Shown: one piece after another, positions 30,801 through 41,205 of the stretch
Layout: each line of letters opens with the position of its first letter
Numbering within the stretch: position 1 is the first letter of the stretch
Assembly (NCBI GenBank): GCA_963758295.1
Contig: CAVWUU010000001.1
Span: 544,001 to 608,000, forward strand
Reading direction: 5' to 3'
Source of the DNA: Candidatus Eremiobacteria bacterium
GTDB lineage: Bacteria; Vulcanimicrobiota; Vulcanimicrobiia; Vulcanimicrobiales; Vulcanimicrobiaceae
DNA length: 64,000 bases
Made by a program: the position numbers and the translations under genes
Notes under the pieces: model-generated
What the model was told of the DNA's origin: nothing
The model's database searches: none
What the model saw: only the letters and a program-made list of their open reading frames with translations

Positions 30801-31232
30801 GTGAAGCGCTGGTGGGCTCTGGTCGCGCTCTTGTTGCTGGTAGGATGCCGCGAAGTGCGCGTAAAGACGTACGCGAGCGGGACGACCACGACACCGGGCG
30901 GCAATCAAATTCTCGTAATCCGGAATGGGGCGGACTTGGACCGCCTTGGCATCAAGGCGCCCGTGCGCTTTCGCGGCGAGTTCGGCGTGGTGCTTCTGAT
31001 GGGGCCGCACAACCGTACCGGCTACAAGCAGATCGTCGAATCGATTCGTGCAAGCGACCAGCGGGTTCGCGTGGTGGCCTTCGAGCAGGCGCCGCCCGAC
31101 GGCGGTGAACCGTCGGGAGATTATCGGACGTATACTCTGTGGATCGTTCCAAATTCGGTTTACCGGAGGGGCATCCACGTGGACGTCGTTACGCCCAGCG
31201 ACGAACCAATCGCTCAAACTGAGTTCCCGTAA
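30801..31232 (+). CDS. Putative lipoprotein
   Basis: GTG-KRWWALVALLLLVGC lipobox. Confidence 0.7.
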   Translation: MKRWWALVALLLLVGCREVRVKTYASGTTTTPGGNQILVIRNGADLDRLGIKAPVRFRGEFGVVLLMGPHNRTGYKQIVESIRASDQRVRVVAFEQAPPDGGEPSGDYRTYTLWIVPNSVYRRGIHVDVVTPSDEPIAQTEFP

Positions 31233-31326
31233 CTCCGGAGCGGGTAGAAGCGCTTTATTCGCATGCGTGGACTGACGATATAATCACGGGGCGGCGGGGC
31301 CGCTCCATCGTCTGCTAAGGAGTACC

Positions 31327-32385
31327 GTGATCGAATCCCTCGTACAACTCGACGTTTCAATCGAACGTCTCGGCCTAGTGCTCGCACCGGACGGCGATCC
31401 CACTGAAGCCGAAGGGGTTCTGAATCCCGCATGCACGCGCATGCGCGACGGGGAGTTGTTGCTGTTTCCGCGTGCGGTAGCCAAAGGAAACATTTCGCGC
31501 ATCGGCCGCGTGAAGACGCGCTCGCTCGAGTCGGGCTTCGAAGTGCATCGCGACGGCTTTGCGCTCGAACCGCAAGCGGATTACGAATTGCGCGCGCATC
31601 CAGGATACGGATGCGAAGACGCTCGCGTAACCTTCGTCCCCGTGCTCGATGCATACGTAATGATGTACACCGCGTTCGGGCCGGCAGGCCCGCGCATCGC
31701 GGTTGCGATTTCGAACGACGGATTCGAATGGAACCGCATGGGAATGATGCGCTTCGACGGTCCGGGTTTGGCGACGGGCGACGATAAAGACGGCGCGTTC
31801 TTCCCGGAGCCGGTGATTTCACCCGCTGGAGTTCGATCGCTCGCGTTTTACCACCGGCCGATGTTGCATCTCTCCGCCGTCGACGGCCGCGCCGCCATTC
31901 CGATGATCGAGCGCATGCCCTTCCACGATCGCGAATCGATTCGCATCGGGTACATTCCGCTCGAGCCGGTGCTCGGCGATCGCAATCGTTTGCTCGACGT
32001 CGCCGAAAGCGCGCTCGTGCTGTCGCCCAACGAAGATTGGGGTCCCATCAAGATCGGTGCCGGCACGCCGCCCGTGCGCATCGCCGAGGGATGGATGTCG
32101 CTGTACCACGCGGTCGATCTGGTCGACAACACGGGCAGCAAACCGAAATTTCGCTACAGCGCCGGCATCGTGATTCACGATCTCGAACAGCCCCACCACG
32201 TGATCTACCGCTCGCCGAAGCCCGTCCTTGCGCCGGAATCGGATTTGGAACGTACCGGGATCGTTGACAACGTCGTTTTCCCGACGGGTATCGATCCGCG
32301 CCAAGACCTGGGCGATCGCGTTTTCGACATTTATTACGGAATGGCCGATTACACGGTCGGAGCGGCGCGCATGAAGCTCGGCTAG
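31327..32385 (+). CDS. GH130-family glycoside hydrolase/phosphorylase
   Basis: AAGGAG RBS; VLNPA, GCEDARV, DKDG, YHRP, KIGAGTPP, VVFPTG, YYGMAD. Confidence 0.88.
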   Translation: MIESLVQLDVSIERLGLVLAPDGDPTEAEGVLNPACTRMRDGELLLFPRAVAKGNISRIGRVKTRSLESGFEVHRDGFALEPQADYELRAHPGYGCEDARVTFVPVLDAYVMMYTAFGPAGPRIAVAISNDGFEWNRMGMMRFDGPGLATGDDKDGAFFPEPVISPAGVRSLAFYHRPMLHLSAVDGRAAIPMIERMPFHDRESIRIGYIPLEPVLGDRNRLLDVAESALVLSPNEDWGPIKIGAGTPPVRIAEGWMSLYHAVDLVDNTGSKPKFRYSAGIVIHDLEQPHHVIYRSPKPVLAPESDLERTGIVDNVVFPTGIDPRQDLGDRVFDIYYGMADYTVGAARMKLG

Positions 32386-32388
32386 GCC

Positions 32389-32874
32389 GTGCTTCGCTAC
32401 TACGCTATCGCGACCGGAATCGTTTTGGCGTTCGTAATAATTGCGACCGCATGGGTGAATCGCGACTTGATTCGCATCAAGATCGCATCGGTAAACGTCC
32501 GCGTTCCTCCAAAGGCCGCCGATCCGCTGGGATTGCACGGCCTTTCGCATAATGCGCTCACCGGCGACGCGCCTTGGGCCCTTTCGGCGCTTCCGGACTG
32601 CTTGCGCCAACGTGCCGAATGGAGCGGACCGCTCGCTTACGCTCAAGCACATTTGCCATCGGGCTTAACCGCCGTTGCGGCCGGCAGCCGCCTTACGTAC
32701 GGACCTTGCACGATTTCCGTCGTTGGCGGCGAAGCGTACGTAACGCGTGGTCCCGATCGCCTACGCATACCGCCGCACGTGCAGTTTTACCGCGCGCCCG
32801 GCGTGCTTGCGGTCATTCGAACGACCCGTTCCGGTTCGGAACTGCGCGTTTACGACGACCCAACGAAATTTTGA
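32389..32874 (+). CDS. Hypothetical membrane-anchored protein
   Basis: N-terminal TM; tightly packed between GH130 and prfC. Confidence 0.7.
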   Translation: MLRYYAIATGIVLAFVIIATAWVNRDLIRIKIASVNVRVPPKAADPLGLHGLSHNALTGDAPWALSALPDCLRQRAEWSGPLAYAQAHLPSGLTAVAAGSRLTYGPCTISVVGGEAYVTRGPDRLRIPPHVQFYRAPGVLAVIRTTRSGSELRVYDDPTKF

Positions 32875-34471
32875 ATGAGCATTATTAACGAAGTCCAAAA
32901 GCGGCGAACCTTCGCGATTATCTCGCATCCGGACGCCGGTAAAACCACGCTGACCGAAAAGCTCTTGCTTTACGGCGGAGCTATTCATGTCGCGGGCCAG
33001 GTGTCCGCGCGTAAGCGCCAGCGCGCCGTTACGAGCGACTGGATGGAGCTCGAGCGCGAACGCGGCATCTCGATTACCTCGACGGTGTTGCAGTTTCCGT
33101 ACGAGGGCTTCACCGTTAATTTGCTCGATACGCCGGGCCACCAAGATTTTGGCGAAGATACGTATCGCACGCTTTTAGCCGCCGACGCGGCGGTAATGCT
33201 TATCGACGCTGCTAAGGGCGTTGAGCCGCAGACGAAAAAGCTCTTCGCGATTTGCCGGGAACGTAAGATTCCGCTTTTTACCTTCATGAACAAGTTAGAC
33301 CGGCCAAGCCGCGATCCGCTGGAGCTGCTGGACGAACTCGAAAGCATTCTCGGCATCGGCGCGTATCCCATGAATTGGCCGCTGGGAAGCGGCGATACGT
33401 TCAAGGGCATTTACGATCGCTCGACGCGTGAGCTGCACCTTTTCGAACGCAGCGCGCATGGTGCCACGAAAGCGTCGGTGCAAACCGCCGACGCGCGGGA
33501 TCCGAAGTTGCGCGAGCTCGTTGACGAGCAGACGTACTCGCAATTTATCGATGGGCTTGAGTTGCTGGAAGGCGCGGGCGCCGATTTCGATGCGCGAAGC
33601 GATGCTTCGCGGAGAAGTGACGCCGGTGTTCTTCGGTTCGGCAGTTACCAATTTCGGCGTGCAGCTCTTTCTAGACAACTTCATAAAGATGAGCCCGCCG
33701 CCGGCTTCGCGCGGCACCGTAAAGCCGGAAGAACCGCGCTTCACCGGGTTCGTTTTCAAGATTCAAGCCAACATGGATCCGCGCCACCGCGATCGCATTG
33801 CGTTCATTCGAATTTGCTCCGGCAAGTTCGAACGCGATATGACGGTCCGGAACGAGCGCACCGGAAAAGACGTCCGGTTGTCGCGCGCTATGAAGCTCTT
33901 CGCGGACGAGCGTGAATCGTTGGACGACGCGTACGCGGGCGACGTGCTTGGTCTCGCCAATCCCGGCGTCTTTGCCATCGGCGACACGCTTTACCAAGGG
34001 CCTCCGGTCGTGTTCGACCCCATTCCTTCGTTTGCGCCGGAACATTTTGCTTCGATCCGGAGTATCGACACGTCGAGCTACAAATCGTTCGGCAAAGGGA
34101 TAGCGCAGTTGCGCGAGGAGGGTGCGGTTCAGGTCTTCTATCCGTGGGGATCCACGCGGACCGAACCGGTTCTTGCGGTAGTTGGTGAACTGCAATTCGA
34201 AGTCGCCAAGTACCGCTTGGAATCCGAATACGGCGTGAAAACCGTTTTTAGCACCATGCCGTACTCGCTCGCCCGTCGCGTAGAAGGCGATCCTGAACGC
34301 GCCGGCCGCGCACAAATGCCGTCGAATGCGAAGCTCGTGGAGGATTGGGAAGGCCGTCCGGTAGCATTGTTCGAGAGCGAATGGAGCGTTCGTCTCGCCG
34401 AAGAGTGGAATTCCGGGTTGACCTTCGTGCCCTTCACTGCAGAAGTTTCGAAGGAGAGCGTTCCATCGTGA
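32875..34471 (+). CDS. prfC: Peptide chain release factor 3 (indel near 33592)
   Basis: [62 protein letters not shown]. Confidence 0.96.
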
Positions 34472-34836
34472 AGTTTCGCAAAGTTTTGGCGATGGCCGCC
34501 GTTGCCGTTTTGGTAGCGGGCTGCTCGTTTCAGAACAAGTACGAAAAAGAAGCCGACAAGATTACGCGCGCCGTAATGAACAACGACCTCGGCCCCGTCA
34601 AAAACGACATCGCGCCCGGCGAAACGATCTCGCGCGTGAAGATTGCCGCGTGGGCGGACGAGCTCGACGCGCAGGGCAAGCTCATTTCGATCAAAGAGAC
34701 GCCGCAATGCGATAAGGGGCCGGGCTACCACTGCTTCAACGTGAAATTCGAAAAGCACAATTACGTCGAGTGGATGGCCATGGACGACCAAGGCAAAGTG
34801 ACCCGCTGGAACTTCCACATGGCAAATGCAAGCTAG
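34468..34836 (+). CDS. Putative lipoprotein
   Basis: AAGGAG RBS, GTGA overlap, [18 protein letters not shown] lipobox. Confidence 0.75.
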   Translation: MKFRKVLAMAAVAVLVAGCSFQNKYEKEADKITRAVMNNDLGPVKNDIAPGETISRVKIAAWADELDAQGKLISIKETPQCDKGPGYHCFNVKFEKHNYVEWMAMDDQGKVTRWNFHMANAS

Positions 34837-35797
34837 AAGCGTTTCCGTCACGCTTACCGACCTCGAGGCGGCCGCAGAGCGCCTCCGCGGCGTCGCGCAT
34901 CGCACACCGGTCCTAACATCGCGAACGCTAGACGGCCTCACCGGCGCGAAGTGCTTCGTAAAGTGCGAAAACTTGCAGCGCATGGGGGCCTTCAAGTTTC
35001 GCGGCGCCTATAATCGCTTGGTTCAGCTTAACGAGGAAGAACGGCGCCGTGGCGTCGTGGCATATTCAAGCGGAAATCACGCGCAGGGCGTTGCGCTCGC
35101 GGCACAGTTGCTTGGTATCCCGGCAACCATCGTCATGCCGAGCGACGCGCCGGCGGCAAAGCTTGCCGCGACGCGCGGTTACGGCGCCGAAATCGTCTTG
35201 TACGAGCGTTCGGAAGAAAATCGCGCGGTGATCGCTCAGGAATTGTGCTCGCAGCGAGGCGCGACGCTTGTGCCTCCGTATGACGACGAGCGCATCGTGG
35301 CCGGCGCCGGAACGGCTGCGCTCGAACTATTGCAAGACGCACCCGATCTCCAGATCGTCGTTGCGCCCGTCGGAGGCGGAGGCCTTTTCTCGGGCACGTG
35401 CATCGCAGCCCATGCAAAAGACCCGTCGATCGAATGCTGGGGCGTCGAGCCGGAAGCGGGCGACGACGTGAAGCAGTCGCTGGAACAAGACCAACGGGTG
35501 GTCATCGACGTCCCGCAAACCATCGCTGACGGGCTGCAAACGCAATCGCCCGGCGAAATCACGTTCGCGATCATGCGCGAGCACGCACGCGGAGTGGTCA
35601 CCGTCTCCGACAGAGAGCTGGCTGAAGCCATGCGCTTTACGTTCGAACGCCTGAAGCTTGTAATCGAGCCGAGCGGCGGTGCGGCATTGGCCGCGATAAT
35701 GAACGGCAAGATCGACGTCGCCGGGAAACGTGTCGGCATCGTGCTAAGCGGCGGCAACGTGGATGCCGCACGCTATGCTGCTCTCTTAACAAGTTAA
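34826..35797 (+). CDS. PLP-dependent threonine/serine dehydratase (serine racemase-like)
   Basis: KCENLQRMGAFKFRGA, SSGNHAQG, PVGGGGL, TIADG, EPSG, LSGGN; no ACT domain. Confidence 0.92.
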   Translation: MQARSVSVTLTDLEAAAERLRGVAHRTPVLTSRTLDGLTGAKCFVKCENLQRMGAFKFRGAYNRLVQLNEEERRRGVVAYSSGNHAQGVALAAQLLGIPATIVMPSDAPAAKLAATRGYGAEIVLYERSEENRAVIAQELCSQRGATLVPPYDDERIVAGAGTAALELLQDAPDLQIVVAPVGGGGLFSGTCIAAHAKDPSIECWGVEPEAGDDVKQSLEQDQRVVIDVPQTIADGLQTQSPGEITFAIMREHARGVVTVSDRELAEAMRFTFERLKLVIEPSGGAALAAIMNGKIDVAGKRVGIVLSGGNVDAARYAALLTS

Positions 35798-35937
35798 AAA
35801 AACACCCCGGAAAAATGGAGAGGCGACTGTCCAATGCCTACAGTCGCCTATCCTCGTCCCGCTGTGTTAACCGAATCTTATATGCCCACTGTTATGAATT
35901 AATCACGTTGTGGGCGCTGACTATCACGCAGGGCGGC

Positions 35938-36510
35938 CTAGCGACCCATTTGATAGAACTCGGCGTTGGGTCGCATATCCATCATTCCGGCCATGCGATT
36001 CGAGAAGCCGAAGAACGCAGCGATCGCGCCGATGTCCCAAATGTCGTTATCACTAAAACCGCGATCGTGAAGCGACGCAATCTCTTCATCGCTCGCCGCA
36101 AAGCCCGGCTCGTTTACCCGCGATGCAAAACACAAAATGGCGCGCAATCGCGGTGTTAAGTCCGCAGTGCGCCAGTTGTTTGCGATCTGTTCCGCTAGCG
36201 GAACGTCTTTGCCGAGGATTCGCAATGCCGCGCCGTGCGCGGTCATGCAATATTGGCACCGATTCTCGGCGGACACCGCAACGACGATTGCCTCGCGTTC
36301 GGCCCGGCTAAGGCCGCTTTCGCCCTTCATCAGGACATCGTGATAGCCCATGAACGCACGGAAGTGTTCCGGACGTTGCGCGTACGCCCGGAACACGTTC
36401 GGCACGAAGCCGAGTTTCGTTTTGCTGACCGCGTACACTTCTCCAATGTCGGATGGAAGTGCCGCTTCATCCGGTTCGCCGAATCGCGAAGCGGGCGACT
36501 TGCGGCTCAC
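35938..36510 (-). CDS. Peroxidase-related AhpD/CMD family protein
   Basis: KLGFVPNV, LSRAEREAI, NRCQYC..AH, FFGFSNR; GTGA overlap with the upstream gene. Confidence 0.88.
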   Translation of the reverse strand: MSRKSPASRFGEPDEAALPSDIGEVYAVSKTKLGFVPNVFRAYAQRPEHFRAFMGYHDVLMKGESGLSRAEREAIVVAVSAENRCQYCMTAHGAALRILGKDVPLAEQIANNWRTADLTPRLRAILCFASRVNEPGFAASDEEIASLHDRGFSDNDIWDIGAIAAFFGFSNRMAGMMDMRPNAEFYQMGR

Positions 36511-39461
36511 AAATCGCACCCCGACGTGCCGCTGCCGAGCGCCGTCAACGCCTCCTTGCGCAGCGTACAATAAGCGTTGCGCGTTCCTTGGGTGACCGGT
36601 GCGTCGGCGCCATCGACCAAATCGATGAGGACCGACAGTTGCGCATTTAGCCGTCCAAGCGTTTGAGCCGAGCGCGCATCGTTCTTCGTCTTCGCTTGTT
36701 GCAACGCGTTATACGTGCGGTCCAGCAGAGACGCGGTCGAGTGAGCCATTCGGTATTGTTGTTGCAGGGCCGCGCGCGACACTGTCACGCGCGGATCCAT
36801 CGCAAGCTGCAGCGGTCGCGTTTGCGAACGTCCGTCAACGGTAAGGGTCACGCTGTACCGTCCTGGTACGAGCAGCGCACCTTGGGGAACGCGCGGCGTA
36901 TCGTGAACGACTGCAGAGATCGGCAGATCGGCCATTACGGATTGCGGTGCCGCTTCGCGCAGATCCCAAACGAAGCGGTGCATACCCGCATCGATGGACG
37001 GACGGCGGAATGGACGTTCCCAATACGACGGCTTGTCCAACGTGAGTGCCGGCGGCTGAGCATCGTTGCTCGAATAGCGGCGCACGGCTGCACCGCGGGC
37101 GTCGCGCACTACGATGGTAACGTTAGACGCGGCCGCCGGAATCGAATAATCGAGGATCGCCCCGTCCGGCGGATTTTCGCCGTGTGGCACTTCAGGCGGG
37201 AGCGGCGTGTCGGTATTCGTGTCGCGGCGCAGACGATACGCAACCGACGGCGCGAATAGATGCGCGGCGTTCGGGGCGCCCGAAGCGGCTAGCTCACGCA
37301 ACGGTTCGATATCGTCGAGGATATAGAATCCGCGCCCGTGCGTTCCGATGAGAAGATCGTCATTTTTTACGACGACGTCTCGCACCGAAGTATGCGGAAG
37401 GTCGAGTTGAAGCGATTGCCAGCGCGCGCCGTCGTCGAATGAAACGTAAACGCCGTTTTCCGTTGCCGCATAAAGAAGCCCGCGCACGGCCGGATCGGCA
37501 CGCACCGCGTTCACCGGTTCGTCCGGGAGACCGGACACGATTTCGCTCCATTGCGCGCCGCCGTCGTGCGTGCGGTACACGTGCGGACGAAGATCGTCTA
37601 AGCGGAAGCGGTTCACCGCGACATACGCGGTGTCGTCATCGAAGTGCGAAGCGTCGATTTGCGAGATCTTACTCCACGGCGTCAAAGCCGTGGGAGTAAT
37701 ATTGCGCCAGTGCGCTCCGCGATCGCGCGTGATCCACACGAGACCGTCGTCGGTGCCGGCCCAGATCGTGCCGTCGTGGCGGAAAGACGGCGCAAGGGCG
37801 TACACGACGCCGCGATGCGCGCCTTTCTCCGGATCGTTGGATTCGAATGCTGAAATAACCGAAGGCACGGGCCACTTCGCGCGCGTGAGATCCGGGCTGA
37901 TCGTGCGCCAGTGCGCGCCGCCGTCTTGCGTGGCATAGACTTGATTCGCGCCGAAAAACAGCGTCTTCTTATCGATCGGATCGAAGATCAACGGCTCCGT
38001 TCGTACGACGCGGTATCCTTTGGCGCGCAAGGGATTCGGTGATACTTCTTGGGTTTGTCCGGTCCGCTCGTCGAATCGTTCGACTTTACCGCCGTAGAAA
38101 ACGCCGGGATGAAGCGGATCCGGAGCGATGTATCCATACTCTTCGGCGCCGACCGGATGCCAATCACGTTCGGTGATCTCGCCCCAGTCGCCGCGACTCT
38201 TCACGCAGGCCGAACCGCTTTCTTGTTGCCCGCTGCAAACCCAGTACGGAAATCTGTCGTCCGCGATGACATGGTACATCTGTGCGGTGGGCTGGTTGTA
38301 CCACGAGCTCCACGTGCTGCCGTGATCGAGCGAAATGGTTGCGCCCTGGTCGCTCACCAATGCCACGATGTCGGTGTTCTTGGGATTGATCCAGACGTTT
38401 TGGTAGTCGTCACCGCCCGGCGCGCCTTTTATTGCGGTAAAGGTTTTGCCGCCGTTCGTCGAGCGGTACGTCGACGTGTTCGTCACGTAGAGCGTTTGCG
38501 CGTCTTGCGGGTCGGCCGCAATGGCAACGAGATCGTCGCCGCGCTCGCATACGCGGTCTTCACTGTTTACGAGCGAGAAATGGGCGCCGGCATCGTCGCT
38601 GCGATAAATCCCGCAGCCCGTCGGCGCGTCTATGGCCGCATAGACCACGTCGGCGTTGGAAGGCGCAATCGACACTACAGCACGACCGGCACGCGGCGGC
38701 AAACCATTCTTCAACTGCTGCCACGTCGTGCCGCCATCGGTCGATTTGTAGATGCCGCTCCCGGCGACTTCGAACGATCCGCCGACTTCCCACGGCGCTT
38801 GACGCGCTGCCCACAGCGTCGCATAAATCGTCTGCGGGTCGCGCGGGTCGATCTTTACGTCGTAAGCGCCGGTGTTTTCGTTGCGGTAAAGCACTCGCGA
38901 AAAGGTCGTGCCGCCGTCGGTAGAGCGGAAGACGCCGCGTTCGGTATTCGGGCCGTACGGATGTCCGAGCACCGCAACGAAGAGCCGGTTGGGATCTCTC
39001 GCGTCGACGGATATCGCCGGAATTTGCTGTCCGTCGCGCAAGCCCAGATGCGTCCACGTCGTGCCGCCGTCGGTCGATTTGTACATACCGTTGCCGACCG
39101 AGAGATCGGGACGTTGCAGGCCCTCTCCGCTGCCGGCATAGATGACGTTATCGTCGCTCGGCGCAACCGCGAGCGAACCGATCGATCCCGTCGACTGGCC
39201 GTCGAAAATCGGCGACCAGGTATGGCCCGCATTGTCGGTGCGCCAGATACCGCCGTTGACGGCCGCAATGTAAAAGCGATTCGGCCGGTCGACCACGCCT
39301 GCGACGGCTTTGGTCCGGCCGCCGCGCAGCGGTCCTATCGAACGCCAATGCATACCCGCGTATTGCGAGGGCGTGACGTTCTCCGTAGACGCGCCGGCCG
39401 GCGCGAGCGATGTGACGAGCGCGCATAGCGCAGCTAGCGCAATCGAGCGATGCTTCCGCAC
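36507..39461 (-). CDS. Secreted BNR/Asp-box (VPS10/sortilin-like) beta-propeller glycosyl-hydrolase-like protein
   Basis: GGAGG RBS; signal peptide; WRSIGP.RGGR; repeated S/T-x-D-G-G-x-x-W Asp-boxes; ENPPDGA. Confidence 0.88.
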   Translation of the reverse strand: MRKHRSIALAALCALVTSLAPAGASTENVTPSQYAGMHWRSIGPLRGGRTKAVAGVVDRPNRFYIAAVNGGIWRTDNAGHTWSPIFDGQSTGSIGSLAVAPSDDNVIYAGSGEGLQRPDLSVGNGMYKSTDGGTTWTHLGLRDGQQIPAISVDARDPNRLFVAVLGHPYGPNTERGVFRSTDGGTTFSRVLYRNENTGAYDVKIDPRDPQTIYATLWAARQAPWEVGGSFEVAGSGIYKSTDGGTTWQQLKNGLPPRAGRAVVSIAPSNADVVYAAIDAPTGCGIYRSDDAGAHFSLVNSEDRVCERGDDLVAIAADPQDAQTLYVTNTSTYRSTNGGKTFTAIKGAPGGDDYQNVWINPKNTDIVALVSDQGATISLDHGSTWSSWYNQPTAQMYHVIADDRFPYWVCSGQQESGSACVKSRGDWGEITERDWHPVGAEEYGYIAPDPLHPGVFYGGKVERFDERTGQTQEVSPNPLRAKGYRVVRTEPLIFDPIDKKTLFFGANQVYATQDGGAHWRTISPDLTRAKWPVPSVISAFESNDPEKGAHRGVVYALAPSFRHDGTIWAGTDDGLVWITRDRGAHWRNITPTALTPWSKISQIDASHFDDDTAYVAVNRFRLDDLRPHVYRTHDGGAQWSEIVSGLPDEPVNAVRADPAVRGLLYAATENGVYVSFDDGARWQSLQLDLPHTSVRDVVVKNDDLLIGTHGRGFYILDDIEPLRELAASGAPNAAHLFAPSVAYRLRRDTNTDTPLPPEVPHGENPPDGAILDYSIPAAASNVTIVVRDARGAAVRRYSSNDAQPPALTLDKPSYWERPFRRPSIDAGMHRFVWDLREAAPQSVMADLPISAVVHDTPRVPQGALLVPGRYSVTLTVDGRSQTRPLQLAMDPRVTVSRAALQQQYRMAHSTASLLDRTYNALQQAKTKNDARSAQTLGRLNAQLSVLIDLVDGADAPVTQGTRNAYCTLRKEALTALGSGTSGCDL

Positions 39462-39511
39462 AAACTACCTCCGTTTCGGCGGTAGTTTTAAGGACCGCTT
39501 GGCATAGTCCC

Positions 39512-40183
39512 CTAGCGGATGCGGCGAGTTCTCCGCTTCGGCTGGAAAGCCGGACCCACTTTGAAGTTGCCGTTGCGCGGAAGGCTCTCGTCGACGTCTT
39601 CGCAGCCCACGGGCGTGAAGTCGCGGCAGTCTTCCGGACGGGCTTCGTAGATGCCGCAGTAGTACCGGCCGCTCTTGTTGCCCATGAGGAACACGCAGTT
39701 GTCGGTGATGTCGTCGGTCACTTTTCGAATCCAGCCAAGGTGGTGGCCGTCGGCCGAGGGGCGTTTGACGATATATTCGTCCATCACGTCCTGGAACGAC
39801 ATCCCGAAATGGTCGGCGATGCGCTGGACGTCTGCGCGGCTCACGAAGGGCTCGTAGCCGCTGCAGCATTCCGCGCATCCCGGCGGACACGCGAGATTTT
39901 CGGGCAGGTCGTTCATGTGTTTGCGCGCCAGATCGATGACCTTGCCGATCGCTTTCACAAAATCCGGATCGTCGTTGTATTTATACACCCACTCGCGCTT
40001 GATGATTTCGTTCGTATTGTAGAAGCGGGTGGTTTTCTCGTTGAACGTGACCGTGATGTGTTCTTCGGTGATCTCGATCTCTTTCACGTGCTCCATCAGC
40101 CTTGCGTCGAGCATCTCGGGGTGCGTCGGCTGGCCCGTTTCTTTCGAAAAATTTCGGAGCTTGATGAGGTCGATCGTTTCCAT
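39512..40183 (-). CDS. YkgJ-family (CxxxCxxCC) cysteine-cluster protein with N-terminal extension
   Basis: CPPGCAECC, CVFL, CGIYEARPEDCRDF. Confidence 0.85.
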   Translation of the reverse strand: METIDLIKLRNFSKETGQPTHPEMLDARLMEHVKEIEITEEHITVTFNEKTTRFYNTNEIIKREWVYKYNDDPDFVKAIGKVIDLARKHMNDLPENLACPPGCAECCSGYEPFVSRADVQRIADHFGMSFQDVMDEYIVKRPSADGHHLGWIRKVTDDITDNCVFLMGNKSGRYYCGIYEARPEDCRDFTPVGCEDVDESLPRNGNFKVGPAFQPKRRTRRIR

Positions 40184-40245
40184 AGCGGCACCACCTTCGC
40201 TCTAGCGTGCGGGGGCCGCCTGTGGCGATGTAAAAAGAAATCGTC

Positions 40246-41205
40246 ATGCGAACGGCAATCGGCGTCGACCTCGGCGGGTCGCACGTCACCGCGGCGGTTA
40301 TTACCGACGACGGATCGACTCATGCAAAATTCGAGAAAGACCTCGAAGATCTCACGTTCAAGGCCGTGATCGACGAGATCACGTCTGTAGTCGAGCAGGC
40401 GCTGGGTGCCGCGGGCAAGGACGTCATCGGTATCGGCATCGGCTCTCCGGGAAACATCGAGCCGCGTTCCGGCGCAATTCTGTATAGTCCGAACTTCGGC
40501 TGGACCGATGCGCCGCTAGGCGAAACGCTGCGAGGCCACTTCGACATGCCGGTCTTCGTTGGCAACGATGCCCGTTGCGCGACGCTCGGTGAGTATACGT
40601 ACGGAACGGGCCGTGGCACGAAGAATTTCGTGCTGCTTACGCTTGGGACCGGAATTGGCGGCGGCATCGTGGGTGACGGCGTTCTCCTGCTGGGCAATAA
40701 ATTCGGCGCCGGTGAGATCGGTCATCACCAAATTAGGCCGGCCGGCGGTTTCATTTGCGGCTGTGGAAAAATCGGCTGTTTTGAGGCGCAGGCGTCGGGT
40801 ACAGGGCTTATCCGCCACGCTTTTGCGGTGGCGCCGTCGTTTCCGCGCAGCCGGCTGCTGGATCTGGATCGCGACAAGCTGGGATCGAAAAAGATTCGCA
40901 AAGCCGCGCAGGCCGGCGATAAACACGCGATCGCCGCGTGGAAAAATTTCACGGCCGATCTCTCGATCGGCCTTGCGAATATTATCGCCTTCGTCAATCC
41001 CGAAGTTATCGCGCTTGGAGGCGGCGTCTCAACTGCGGCGGACTTTATGCTCGACGCAGTGCGCGGGCGGGTGGACGACCTCACGACGATGGTCCCGAAG
41101 GGCACCACGAAAATCGTCGTCGCTCAATTAGGGAACGACGCCGGTTACGTCGGTGCGGCTACCATGGCTTTCCGCGGTGGTTTGACGACCGACGGCGATA
41201 AGTGA
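40246..41205 (+). CDS. ROK family sugar kinase (glucokinase-like)
   Basis: GVDLGGS, GNDA, TLGTGIGGG, GEIGH, CGCGKIGCFE. Confidence 0.92.
   Translation: MRTAIGVDLGGSHVTAAVITDDGSTHAKFEKDLEDLTFKAVIDEITSVVEQALGAAGKDVIGIGIGSPGNIEPRSGAILYSPNFGWTDAPLGETLRGHFDMPVFVGNDARCATLGEYTYGTGRGTKNFVLLTLGTGIGGGIVGDGVLLLGNKFGAGEIGHHQIRPAGGFICGCGKIGCFEAQASGTGLIRHAFAVAPSFPRSRLLDLDRDKLGSKKIRKAAQAGDKHAIAAWKNFTADLSIGLANIIAFVNPEVIALGGGVSTAADFMLDAVRGRVDDLTTMVPKGTTKIVVAQLGNDAGYVGAATMAFRGGLTTDGDK

Noticed and set aside
33580..33610. Programmed frameshift in the release factor gene
   Set aside because: Programmed frameshifting is a prfB feature (CTT-TGA). This gene is prfC, has no slippery site, and removing one base restores DFDREAMLR. 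Similar indels occur in ctaA, ctaB and cobB, so sequencing error is more likely.
38049..39428. Long antisense ORFs (e.g. 38049..39428 +, 20578..21618 -, 12244..13230 -)
   Set aside because: Shadow frames of well-supported genes in GC-rich DNA; Arg/Ala-rich with no motifs.
36507..39461. Repeated GCCGCCGTC-type DNA motifs as a repeat array or CRISPR
   Set aside because: They encode Asp-box (SxDGGxTW) protein repeats, are irregularly spaced and are not identical; no cas genes.
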